Assembly (NCBI GenBank): GCA_964016885.1
Contig: OZ024741.1
Coordinates: 27,156,001 to 27,220,000 of the forward strand
Length of the DNA: 64,000 nucleotides
Direction: 5' to 3'
Source: Eledone cirrhosa
Taxonomy: Eukaryota
Each line of letters starts with the position of its first letter. Within the stretch, counting starts at the first letter, position 1. Below the pieces are notes generated by a model, which did not search any database, was not told the DNA's origin, and worked only from the letters and a program-made list of their open reading frames with translations. Of the stretch, positions 11,885 to 24,090 are shown piece after piece. Position numbers and translations under genes: made by a program.

Positions 11885-12903
11885 CCACCAAAATGTTGGC
11901 CTCGTGCCTAAGTCTGAAACCATTATTATAAACACTAATAATTTCACCTCTCCACAAAATTATTGGCCTTGTGGCCAATAATTGGAACAAGTATTATTAT
12001 TATTGTGTCGGCCCTTGTGGCCAATAAATGAAATCATTATTATCATTATTATGGTTGGGCAGTATCAGTAGTGCGTCAGACACCATGCTTTGCAGCATAG
12101 AGTTACGGCCCTTTATGATCTGAGTTCAAATCCCGTCGAGGTTAACTTTGCCTTTCATCCTTACAGGGTCGATAAAATAAAGTACCAGTCACACAATGGG
12201 GTCGATTTAATCAACTTTCCCCTCCCCCAAAATTGCTGGCCTTGTGCCTATATAAGACACCATTATTATTATTATTATGGATAGGCGGTGGATTGGCAGT
12301 ATCGGTAGAGGGTTGGACGCCATGCTTTGACGCATAGAGTTACGGTCCTTGCCATTCTGAGTTCAAATCCCGCCGAGGTTAACTTTGCCTTTCATCCTTA
12401 CGGGATTGATAAAATAAAGTACCAGTAATGCACTGGGTAATTGCTGACCTTGTGCTAAAAGTAGAAACAATTATTATTATTATTATTATTATGGTTTGGC
12501 AGTATCAGTAGAGCATCAGACACCATGCTTTTCAGCATAGAGTTATGGCCCTTTATGTTCTGAATTCAAATCCAGCCGAGGTTAACTTTGCCTTTCATCG
12601 TTACGGGGGTCGATAAAATAAAGTACCAGTAATGCACTGGGATAATTGCTGGCCTTGTGCCTAAAGTAGAAACATTATTATTATTATTATATAAGGATTG
12701 GCAGTATCAGTGGAGCGTCAGACAACATGCTTTGCAACATAGAGTTGCAGCCCTTTACGTTCGGATTTCAAATCCACACCAAAGTTACAGTTGTCTTTCA
12801 TCCTTATGGGGTGGATGATAAAATAAAGTACCAGTAATGCACTGGGGTCAATATAATCAACTTTCCTTCTTCCCCAAATTGTTGACTGTGTCAAAATAAG
12901 AAG
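11885..12903 (+). mobile_element. Head-to-tail cluster of four near-complete SINEs plus three solo tails
   Basis: Copies at ~12052-12278, 12283-12490, 12493-12690 and 12695-12903 each have the tRNA-like head, GCCTTTCATCCTTACGGGGTCGATAAAATAAAGTACCAG core and GGCCTTGTGCC...(ATT)n tail; tail-only pieces at 11885-12050. Confidence 0.85.
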
Positions 12904-12904
12904 C

Positions 12905-13160
12905 CACGTTGCCTTCTCCCTCTTTCTGTCACACACACTCTCTCTTTCTCTCTTTATGTACATCTCTTTCCTTGGCACTCCGCCCCTCTCTATATATATA
13001 TAGACAAGGGCAAAGTCATAACTATCTGTCACCTCGAAAACACACGGTGTTCCCATTTCTCTCTCTATCTATGTACATATCTCTCGCTTGGTGCTCCCCT
13101 CGCTATATAAAGTGAGTGTGATGGACAGACAGACAGACAGTGCTCTTATTATAATATAGA
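12905..13160 (-). mobile_element. Possible Helitron 5' fragment
   Basis: Minus strand begins TCTATATTATAATAAGAG..(CTGT)n, the same architecture as the other Helitron 5' ends in the window. Confidence 0.4.
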
Positions 13161-13306
13161 TTACTTTGGTTCAGCAGGCTAGCTTTATGTCAGTTATTAA
13201 AACTGAGGGAGCAAGTTATAACAAATGTAGATGGACCACTCAAATTTTCTTTCTTTGCTTATGTTTCAAGAACTTTCCTCAGAATCCAAGTTGTTCATAA
13301 TATTAT

Positions 13307-13947
13307 CATCTTCTGAAGATGTCACTGTCCCCATGGCACAGTGACATCTTCAGAAGATGTCACTGTCCCCATGACACAGTGACATCTTCAGAAGATGTCA
13401 CTGTCCCCATGACACAGTGACATCTTCAGAAGATGTCACTGTCCCCATGACACAGTACCATCTTCAGAAAATGTCATTGTCCCCATGACACAGTACCATC
13501 TTCAGAAGATGTCACTGTCCACATGGCACAGTACCATCTTCAGAAGATGTCACTGTCCCCATGGCACGGTACCATCTTCAGAAGATGTCACTGTCCACAT
13601 GGCACAGTACCATCTTCAGAAGATGTCACTGTCCCCATGGCACGGTACCATCTTCAGAAGATGTCACTGTCCACATGGCACAGTACCATCTTCAGAAGAT
13701 GTCACTGTCCCCATGGCACGGTACCATCTTCAGAAGATGTCACTGTTTCCATGGCACAGTACCATCTTCAGAAGATGTCACTGTCCACATGGCACAGTAC
13801 CATCTTCAGAAGATGTCATTGTCCACATGGCACAGTACCATCTTCAGAAGATGTCACTGTCCCCATGGCACAGTACCATCTTCAGAAGATGTCACTGTCC
13901 CCATGGCACGGTACCATCTTCAGAAGATGTCACTATCCCCATGGCAC
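13307..13947. repeat. 38-bp minisatellite with internal palindrome (CATCTTCAGAAGATG)
   Basis: About 17 copies of GTCACTGTCCCCATGGCACAGTACCATCTTCAGAAGAT. Confidence 0.95.
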
Positions 13948-14462
13948 TCACAAACTGTTGAAACACATATTAAGATATATATGTAGATTTTTTAGACTTA
14001 TTTCTTACAGGGATCCACCGTGTATCATCAGAGGAATTGTAAGGAATGGATTGTAATTTAGTTTGTAAATATTGGGGCTTTTGTTTAGGGAATTATTCTA
14101 CTTTAATTGAAAACACATCATACTGCGAGAAGAGAGTGATCGTCATCATCATCATCATCATCATCATTTAACATCCACTTACCACGCTAGCATGGGTTAG
14201 ATGGTCAGTTTATGAAAATGTTCTCTGCTACCTTCTCATGTCAGGTGTTAAAGATAGAAGCAAACATTGCTGTTAATAATAGTTTAGATAGAGAAACTAT
14301 AGACCACTGTTTCATATTTTACCTAGTTCTGTGTTATTTGTCTCTATAGTAACAACATCAATGAAAATAAAATCACAATTGTCAGATTGGTTGGCTATTT
14401 TGTTGTAGTTTGTATTGCATAAATACTGTTTTACAATATATTTGAGTCCTTCCTTTTGCCTG

Positions 14463-14570
<108 letters not shown>

Positions 14571-14842
14571 ATGATATATGGAAACGGCCTATCCGGCTAT
14601 GTCTGTTCTATTCGACTTGCTTCGTCTCCTAATTATGTGTGAGTGTGTGTGTGAGTGTGTATGTGTGTGTGTGAGTGTGTATGTGTGTGAGTGTATATGT
14701 GTGTGTATGTGAGTGTATTTGTGTGTGAGTGTGTATGTATGTGTGTGAGTGTGTATGTGTGTGAGTGTGTATGTGAGTGTGTATGTGTGTGTGAGAGTAT
14801 TTATGTCCAGTTGACAGACCATTCAGTCAAAGGAATGATTTA

Positions 14843-16469
14843 TCTATATATATAAAACTGAGGATGTCTGTGTGTGTGTGAGTTTGAATCCCTAAAACTC
14901 GAGAACCACCAAACCGACTGTTTTCAAACTTTACACATGTAATACTTATGTTTCAGGGAGTGTTCTGAGCCAAAACAATTTCAAATTTTCATTGCCCTAG
15001 GGACCGCATTGGGCGATTTAGCGATCTTGCTCTATAATTCTTAGTCTTTCTCTTTTTAGATAGATACATACATATAACGTCACGCCTTTATAATATCTGT
15101 CTGTATGTCTGGCTGTCTGCATTACATCACTTCCTACAATTCCCTCTACGTCTAGAACGCGCCCTTATAATAGCTGTCTGTATGTTTAGCTGTCTGCTGC
15201 CTCCAGTAATTCTGCCACCCTTGCTCAAGACAAATCTCACACTCATTCCCCAAACAGTTTGTAAGTGCACACAACTTCTTCCTCACGTTTTAAGCCACAG
15301 TGTTTCTTAGTTACATACCACCAGACCCTTACTTCTTTGCCAGCCGTGGTTGTGGCAATACTAAGCTTAGCTAAGGCGGTTATATATTTCACGCAACACT
15401 AAAAATGAAAGCCGATAACTATGTATTAGTCAGTCTCTTCTTCATACCGTGAGCAAAGAAAATCCAACTTTTAGTGGAGCGTGTGAAATAAGTCAACCCT
15501 GCTGCGATTCAAAAATCAGGTTTGCAGGTTATATATTTCATACAACACTAACAATTAAAGCCGGTAAAGAAAAACATCGCTGTAATAGCTTCAGTTTTCT
15601 TACTTACGTGCCTTTACGAGAACAAAAGTTACTATTTTACCGCTTAGTATTGTAGAGAAGCACCAAACCGACTGTTTTCAAACTTTACACATGTAATACT
15701 TATGTTTCAGGGAGTGTTGTGAGCAAAAATAATTTCAAATTTTCAATGCCCTAGGGACCACATTAGGCGATTTAGCGATCTTGTTCTATAATTCTTAGTC
15801 TTTCTCTTTTTAGATAGATACATACATATAACGCCGCGCCCTTATAATATCTGTCTGCATTATGTCACTTCCCTGAGGATGTCTGTCTGTGAGTTTGAAT
15901 CCCTAAAACGCAAGAAGTACCCAACCGATTTTTTTCAAACTTTACATGTGTATTACTTATGTTTCAGTAATACAACTTTTTTATCTCCTAGGGCTTGCAT
16001 TAGGTAAAAAACTGTGTTTTTTAAGATTTTTAGGGGTTTTTTTGAGGCGTTACGTCAGACCGATTTCCTTGAAATTGTAACTATGTATTAGTCAGTCTCT
16101 TCTTCATACCGTAAGCAAAGAAAATCCAACTTTCTTATGGCCTAGGGCCGCATTAGGTGAAAAGCTTCATTTTTTCAGCTTCTTAGGGCTTTTTGGAGGC
16201 GTTACATCTAGCCGATTTTCCCGAAATTTCAAGGCATATTATGCACATGAAAAAAATTTGTTTTCTTGATCCCCCAGGGCCCACATTAGGTGAAAACCTG
16301 CATTTTTCCTGCTTCATCGAGGAAAATCTTAAAGATTATCCAGCCATCAGAGTATTCGGTTTATTTTCTTTACATATTGTCCAGGCATGCAGTTTTTCCA
16401 CGATTAGGTCTGTTGGCGGCCCGCCTTCCAAAATACCCTATCCCGTGCAATGCCGGGTACCACTGCTAG
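14843..16469 (+). mobile_element. Non-autonomous Helitron-like element (longer variant)
   Basis: A|TCTATATATATAAAACTGAGG start, CCCGTGCAATGCCGGG hairpin, CTAG|T end, internal duplication (~14900-15130 vs ~15655-15870); reverse-complement homolog of 4768-5675. Confidence 0.85.
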
Positions 16470-16752
16470 TAATATATAAAAAAATTGGTTAAATTAACAA
16501 CTATTTCCCCAGCAAAACGTGTGTTTTCAACAGATAAAAATGCTGTAAATGTAATGTAACCAATTTTTTTGTATATATATATATATATATATATTAATTT
16601 GAGTATGTGTTGAGTAGTTACGGACACTTCAGAATGCAGGGTAGAACACTCAATGAAGTGTGCAGGTGGGTCTGTTTACTCCAGAGTAATTTAAAAACAA
16701 GAAGTGTAGGTCAACAGGTTAAAAATAACTTCATTTATTCATATTCAGTGTT

Positions 16753-19700
16753 CATCATCATCATCAACGTTTAACGTCCGCTTGCATGGGTTTGGACGGG
16801 GGTTTTCCCACTTGAGGCAAGAGTGATTATCTTGCTCGCATAGGACTTTCTGGCGGGTTTTCTACAGCTGGATGCCCTTCCTAACACCAACCACATTTAC
16901 AGTGTGGGGCTGGGAGGTTTTTACCGTGTTGCCTACACGGCCACATTACAGCGTGGACTGTCTGGCGGGATTTCTACAGCTGGATGCCCTTCCTAACACC
17001 AACCACATTTACAGTGTGGGGCTGGGAGGTTTTTACCGTGTTGCCTACACGGCCACATTACAGCGTGGACTGTCTGGCGGGATTTCTACAGCTGGATGCC
17101 CTTCCTAACACCAACCACATTTACAGTGTGGGGCTGGGAGGTTTTTACCGTGTTGCCTACACGGCCACATTACAGCGTGGACTGTCTGGCGGGATTTCTA
17201 CAGCTGGATGCCCTTCCTAACACCAACCACATTTACAGTGTGGGGCTGGGAGGTTTTTACCGTGTTGCCTACACGGCCACATTACAGCGTGAACTGTGTG
17301 TTTTTTGACGTGACACCTACACGATCTCATTTGTTTCGGCCTGCATGTTGTGGCACCAACATAACTTTACATTGAAAGGGGCGGTGTGGATGGGATGGGG
17401 ATGGTGGGACGGGGGTGTATTTTGTTAGAGATGCCTACTGACTGTAGTAGGTTTTGCTTTGTATTTAGGTAAGGCGGGTCTTCTCTATTATTGAGTACCG
17501 CCAAAGGTCTCGGTCCAGTGACATTGTCGTCTTTCATGCGCATCACGTGACCATACCAACGTAGCCTTCTCTCGAGTAAACAACATCTGATCCCTCTTAT
17601 TTCTAATTTTTTCCTTAGTTCGTTTCTGCTTTGCCGTTCACGTATATTACTATTACACATCCAGCGGAGCATGCAAGCTTCGTTTCTCTCTAGTCTGCGT
17701 ATATCCTCTGCACACAATGCCCAGGTCTCACTGCCATGCAACATTGCTGTTCGTATGCAGGCATCATACAACCTGCCTTTCATTTTTAGGGAGAACCCTT
17801 TAGCGGCTAATAGTGGTATAAGCTCTCTGAATTTTTTCCATCCAGTTCTGACTCTAGCTACTGTACTTTCAGAGCACCCTCCCCCACTGCTGATTTTGTC
17901 ACCCAGGTAACGGAAGCTGTCCACTATTTCTATAGAACCCTCTGCGCAGTTGAAAGAGCTAGTATTTTGTGGGCACTTGCTGCTACTTATTGCACCAGAG
18001 CACCGGCCACATGTAAAATCTATGTTCTTAGTTAGCTTACCTGTGATCCCACTACATCTTTTATGCACCCATACTTTGCATTTGGGACACAAAATGGAGT
18101 TTCTACCTACGCCTTTCCTACACACTGAGCATGGCCACTTCCCGGAAGGGACCGCCGCCTTATTTTCTTTCTTACAAACTAGAACTTTAGTCTTAGCCAG
18201 GTTAATTTTAAGGCCTTTTGATTCTAGGCCGTGCTTCCATGTTTGGAATTTCTTCTCTAGCTTGGCCATTGATTCAGCTATGAGTGTTAGGTCATCTGCG
18301 TATAGGAGTTCCCATGGGCAACCGGTCTTGAACTCCTCTGTTATAGCCTGAAGGGCAATAATAAATAGTACGGGGCTGAGAACAGAGCCCTGACGGACGC
18401 CAACTTTTACGCTAAACTCTTCACTATATTCGTTGTTAATTCTAACCTTGCTGACTGTTTCTTTATACATGGCTTGTATAGCTCTCACAAGCCATTCGTC
18501 AACACCTAGTTTTCTAAGAGCCCACCAGATAATGGAACGGGGGACTCTGTCGAAGGCTTTCTCCAAGTCAACAAAAGCTAAGTATAGGGGTTTACTTTTA
18601 GCTAGGTACTTCTCCTGTAGTTGTCGTACAATGAAAAGAGCGTCTGTGGTACTTTTGCCTGACACAAACCCGAACTGCATTTCATCTAGATCAATTCTCT
18701 CTCTGATTAGTTGCGCTATTACTTTTTCCGTGACCTTCATGACCTGGTCGATTAATTTAATGTCTCTATAGTTACTCCTATCTAGGGCATCTCCTTTACC
18801 CTTATAACAGTTAACGATGATGCTGCTACGCCAGTCCTTCGGAACAACCCCATTCTGTACGACTTGGTTAACTATCCGGGTGACCATGGTGTGTCCCACC
18901 GTACCAGATGCCTTCAGCATCTCGGCAACTATTTCCGAAGGCCCAGCCGCCTTACCCGTCTTCATATCTTTGATTGCCTTACTTATTATACTACCCTCGA
19001 CTAACACTGCTGGTCCCTCTATTGGGTCGATGTGGGGGAGACTGTCTTTCTCCCATTTATTCTCCTCATTTAGTAGCCTTTCATAGTGACACTTCCAAGC
19101 TACCTTCTTATCAGCGTCGGTGATGGCAAGTACGCCGTCATCATTAAGTACACACTTCTCCCTGACAATATCACGGTTTTCCTTGACACATTGCCTAGCA
19201 ATCCTGAACACCTCACATTTTTGGTCCTCGCGTTGTAGAACATGCTTGAACTTTCTTTCCTCTGCTTCCCTTCTTGCGAAGTACACTTGTCTCCTAGCTT
19301 CCATCCTGGCCACTTGATAGTCTTCTCCACTTCCCCCATCCTGCCATACTTTCCAAGCCTGCTTTTTGGCCTTAATTGACCCCTCCACCTTACTGTTCCA
19401 CCACCATGTTACTCTCCTCCTGCCTACAGGCCTGCTCCAGCCACAGACTTTGTCTGCCGCCATCAGCAGGTTTGCTTTCAGGAATTCCCACTGCTCCTCT
19501 ATATTGTACGACTCTAATTCCTCTTCCTTACTGTCGAAAGCATCAAGTAGTATACTTTTGAATTTATTTCTGGCTGTGGGGTCCTTTAGCTTCCATATTT
19601 TTCTCCTGAGGATAGTCCTCTTCTGTTGTCTAGTACGTCTCATCCTGACTATTAGGTCGCTAATTATCAGTCTATGTTGGGAAGTGCATTCTTCATGGGG

Positions 19701-20880
19701 GAGGGATTTAGTGTTTACAACAGACACTCTGTCACATCTTCTGGTAAGGATATAATCTACCTGGCTGGTATGTTCCCTGATCTGTAGGTGATCAGGTGAT
19801 TGTCACGTTTTTTGAAGTTAGTGTTACAGATAGTTAGGTTATTTGCATCACAGAATTCTAGGATTCTGGAGCCTTCCTCATTTCTAGTACCAAACCCATA
19901 GCCTCCATGGATTTCGTCGTAGCCGTCACAATGTTGTCCAACGTGACCATTTAGGTCGCCTGCAATAATTATATAGTCACTGTCGGTTATTTGGGAGGTA
20001 GTGAGTATCAGTGTCTCATAGAATCTGTCTTTTATAGTGCTGGGCAGTCCGGATTAGGGTGCGTACGCAGATATTACTGTCACCGTAGTTCTATTGAGGA
20101 CAAGTCTTATTTTAATTATTCTGTCGTTCACTCTATTTACGTCTATTATCTTATCTGCCCACGGTGGATTGGCAGTATTGGTAGAGGGTCGGACGCCATG
20201 CTTTCCAGCATAGTTACGTCCCTTTACGATCTGAGTTCAAATCCCGCCGAGATTGACTTTGCCTTTCATCCTTACGGGGTCGATAAAATAAAGTACCAGT
20301 AAGACACTGGGTAATTGCTGGCCTTGTGCCTAAAGTAGAAACAATTATCTTATCTGCTCACTTTTCTGCTACCATGAATCCTACTCCACCCAGCCCATTG
20401 TCATTTCCCACCCAGAAAAGCTTATAGCATCGTTTTTTACCCACAATGAATCTAGCAGACCCACCCCTCCACCTGGTCTCTTGAATACAACAAACATCGA
20501 CCTCCTTACGTTCAAGCATTTCTACAACCTCGTTAGAGCGACCCTTTAAGGTGCCTACATTCATGGTACCAACTCTGAAGTTTTGGATTGCGTTTGGAGG
20601 TTGGGAGCGGTGGGGAGCGGGTGGAGATGGGGTTATGTTAGCCATCTGCGGCCGAAACAAAGAGGAATGCTCGCATTCTCGTCCACGAGGTGAATTTGTC
20701 TTTATCTTTGGCATTGTCACTGAGCGTCCAGATTTTTCTCTCTTCAACTCTCCAGAATTCCGTAGTCCCTCCATCCGTCATATCGAAGGCGACCAGGTAA
20801 GCGATAGTATAGGCCTCTGGCTTATGATTGGTCCACGTAATAATAATGGTGGTGCGTGGGGGCGGGCGGGAGGGGTGTTG
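16753..20880 (-). mobile_element. Longest RTE LINE family A copy (APE+RT), disrupted by a SINE insertion, a frameshift and a C-terminal deletion
   Basis: ORFs 20358-20774 (GTMNVGTL, CCIQETRW) and 17367-19727 (QGSVLSP, YADD, FRYLG); 3' UTR with a 112-bp unit repeated 4 times; (CAT)n tail at 16753. Confidence 0.95.
20163..20343 (+). mobile_element. SINE inserted in the LINE endonuclease region, with 18-bp TSD
   Basis: TSD ATTATCTTATCTGC(C/T)CAC at 20145-20162 and 20344-20361; this sequence is single-copy in the intact LINE at 36123-36140. Confidence 0.9.
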
Positions 20881-21256
20881 TATATATATTTCAGTGATAC
20901 CCATTATTCAACAACTATGATCTCATCAGACAGCTAGAACTTGAACAAAAAAAACAGAAAAACATAATGATGGAACAAAGTTTACCTCTTCTATTTCAAT
21001 CTTTTGATATGCCCAATCCCAAAGGATGGTGTTGCTTTCTCAAAGAACTGGTGGCATATCTTTGAGAAAACAACACCATACTTCGGTATTGGGCATATCA
21101 AAGGATTGTTCCAACATTATGTTTTTCTGTTTTTTATGTTCAAGTTCTAGCTGTCTGATGAGGTCATAGCTGTTGAATAATGGGTATCACCGAAATATAT
21201 ATAACAGCGAATATGAATAAACAAAACTATTTTTAACCTGTTGACTTACACTTCTT

Positions 21257-21260
<4 letters not shown>
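20881..21260. repeat. Fold-back element with hammerheads in both arms; the rest of the left arm is displaced to 16695-16752 by the LINE
   Basis: 20881-20978 and 20997-21045 are reverse complements of 21105-21203 and 21060-21108; 21203-21260 matches the reverse complement of 16695-16752. Confidence 0.85.
21150..21208 (+). ncRNA. Type I hammerhead ribozyme motif
   Basis: gctgt CTGATGA ggtcatagctgtt-gaat-aatgggtatcacc GAAA tatata TA acagc; canonical G10.1-C11.1 pair and perfect 5-bp stem I. Confidence 0.8.
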
Positions 21261-21288
<28 letters not shown>

Positions 21289-21294
<6 letters not shown>

Positions 21295-21499
21295 GTAATC
21301 TGAGTTTTTCGAATATTAATAATAATATTCAATTCGTTATGCAAACACCCTCTTTTTTTATGTTCTGTTTACATGCCAACACAAGAGCAAGAATGAGGGG
21401 CTCATTCTACTGACATGGCTTTAAAAAAGAGGCTGTTTGCATAATTGCAAACGAAATGAATATTATTATTAATATTCAAAAAACTTAGATTACATTTAT
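21289..21499. repeat. Imperfect fold-back (~75-bp arms), MITE-like, in (TA)n context
   Basis: AAATGTAATCTGAGTTTTTCGAATATTAATAATAATATTCA pairs with TGAATATTATTATTAATATTCAAAAAACTTAGATTACATTT; inner arms ATGCAAACA.CCTCTTTTTT / AAAAAAGAGGCTGTTTGCAT. Confidence 0.75.
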
Positions 21500-21533
21500 T
21501 GTATTCAGCCATGTAGAACGATAATTTTGTTTT

Positions 21534-21564
<31 letters not shown>

Positions 21565-21570
<6 letters not shown>

Positions 21571-23603
21571 CATCATCACTGTTTTACGTCCGTTCTTCCA
21601 CGCTAGCATGGGTTAGACGGGTTGTCCTGTTGTGGGCAGTGTCTGGTCGGCTGACCATGCCTTGTTCATACAGGAACTGATTTGGCTTGATTTCTACAGC
21701 TGGATGCTCTTCCTAACACCAACCTCATTTACAGTGAGTGCTCGCTGCTTTTCCGTGGCGCCTACACGTCCACTTTACAGTGTGGGCTGGGTGCTTTTTT
21801 GCCGTGGCACCTCCACGACCACCTTGCAGTGGCGGGTGTGGGGGCATATTGTCTATATGCTTCAGCTTGTACCCATGGGAGGTCGGGTACTCTGTATTAC
21901 TGCGTGACGCCAGAGGTCACGGTCGTGTGTCATTGCCTTTGAGAGGTGTAATTTGATAAGGTCGGCTTTTATCACCTCATCCCAGGTCATCTTGGGTCTC
22001 CCCACTCCGCGGTTTCCATCGACTTCTAGTGCTCTGCACCTTTTTATGCAGCTGTCATCCTTCATACGCATCACATGTCCACACCAGCGCAACCGCCTCT
22101 CCTGCACACATCATTTGATTCCTCTTATGCTCAGTCTCTCTCTCAATTCATTTATGCTTTGTCGTTCGCGTATATTACTGTTACACATCCATCGGAGCAT
22201 GCAGGCTTCGTTTCTCTCTAATCTACGTAAGTCTTCCACCTTCAGCGCCCAGGTCTCACTACCATGCAACATCGCTGTTCGGATACACGCATCATACAGT
22301 CTGCCTTTCATTTTGAGGGAGAAGCCTTTTGCAGCTAGCAGTGGTAGTAGTTCCCTAAACTTCTTCCATCCCGTTCTTGTACTTTCTGAATACCCACCTC
22401 CGCTACTAATTCGGTCACCTAGGTATCAGAAGCTGTCTACTGTTTCTACAGAGCCCTCCCAGAGATCGGTGGTACTTGTTTCCTGTGGCTGTTTGCTGCT
22501 TGCTGTCCCAGCACAGCTGCTGCATGTGAAGCCTACATTCTTAATTAAGCTTCCTGAGATCCCGCTACATCTCTTGTGTACCCATTGTTTGCATTTGGGG
22601 CAGAGAATGGAGTTCCTACATACTGAGCAAGGCCATTTCCCTGAGGGGATCTGGGTTCTGTCTTCTCGTCTACTTACAAGGACCTTAGTCTTTGTCATGT
22701 TGACTTTGAGACCCTTTCTTTCTAGTCCCTGCTTTCAAGTTTGGAATTTCTTCTCTAGTTCTACCATAGATTCAGCTATAAGTGCGAGGTCATCAGCATA
22801 CAGGAGTTCCCATGGGCATCCGGTCTTAAACTCCTCCGTTATTGCCTGCAGGACTATGATGAACAGGAGGGGGCTAAGAACAGGGCTCTGGTGGACCCCA
22901 ACCTGTATGCTAAATTCCTTGCTATACTCATTGCTAATCCTAACTTTGCTGACTGCTCCCCTATACATGGCTTGTACCGCTTTCACAAGCCATTCATCTA
23001 CTCCTAGTTTTCTAAGAGCCCACCAGATTATAGCATGGAGAACTCTGTCAAAGGCTTTCTCGAGATCGACGAATGCCAGGTAGAGTGGCTTACTTTTAGC
23101 TAGGTACTTTTCCTGAAACTGCCTCACAAGGAAGAGGGCATCAGTGGTGCCTCTTCCTGGCACAAACCCAAATTGCATCTCATCTAGTTTCACCCGGTCC
23201 CTAATCAACTGTGCTATAACTCTTTCTGTTACTTTCATGATCTTTCCATCAGCTTTATACCTCTATAGTTTCCTCTATCTAGTGCATCACCTTTACCTTT
23301 GTAGCAGTTGACAATGATCCTACTGCACCAATCTTTTGGTATGACACCTTCTAGTATTACCTGGTTAACAATACGTGTGGTTATAGTGTGACCTACAGAC
23401 CCAGATGCCTTCAGCATCTCGGCAGCTATACCCGATGGACCGGTTGCCTTCCCCATCTTCATATCTTTGATTGCCTTACTTACTACGCTGCTGCTGACTT
23501 GTACTGCTGGCCCCTCTATAGGATCTACTTTGGATATGGTCTCTTCTTCCCATGTATTCTCCTCATTTAGTAATCTATCATAATGACTCTTCCATGCATC
23601 TTT
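21565..23603 (-). mobile_element. 5'-truncated degenerate RTE LINE, family B
   Basis: RT fragments 22735-23238 (YADD), 22426-22698, 22111-22311 and 21862-22107; 3' UTR and tail; both ends in (TA)n. Confidence 0.95.
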
Positions 23604-23830
23604 ATATATATATATATATATACATGTATATATATATATATATATATACATATATATATACATATATATACATATATATATATATACATATATACATATA
23701 TATACATATATATATACATATATATACATATATATATACATATATATATATTATATATATATATATATATGAAATATATATATATATAATATAATATAAG
23801 ATCAAAAGATGGTTAAAGGAGTTCAATATA

Positions 23831-23897
23831 TTTTATTATGCGCATTTCAAAAACAAACATCATCAAACAATAATATTTGTGTTTTCATCAGATAAAA
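23831..23897 (-). ncRNA. Type I hammerhead ribozyme motif (antisense twin of 24024-24090)
   Basis: Exact reverse complement of 24024-24090. Confidence 0.8.
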
Positions 23898-24023
23898 CAG
23901 GAGAACATGATATGAAGGCTAAAAAAAAAAACACTTGTTGATAGTGCAGTTTTAAATCAACATATCAACATAACTGCACTATCAACAAGTGTTTTTTTTT
24001 AGCCTTCATATCATGTTCTCCTG

Positions 24024-24090
24024 TTTTATCTGATGAAAACACAAATATTATTGTTTGATGATGTTTGTTTTTGAAATGCGCATAATAAAA
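24024..24090 (+). ncRNA. Type I hammerhead ribozyme motif
   Basis: ttttat CTGATGA aaacacaaatattatt-gttt-gatgatgtttgttttt GAAA tgcgca TA ataaaa; perfect 6-bp stem I, long stem II, palindromic ATGCGCAT stem III. Confidence 0.8.

Noticed and set aside
12283-12375. tRNA genes at SINE heads (also 30933, 34413)
   Set aside because: A and B boxes are present but there is no complete cloverleaf, and they continue into SINE cores and tails.
21953-23083. Long ORFs antisense to the LINE RT (also 56080-56892, 17950-18351)
   Set aside because: Shadow frames of the RT coding strand with no recognisable motifs and inconsistent boundaries between copies.
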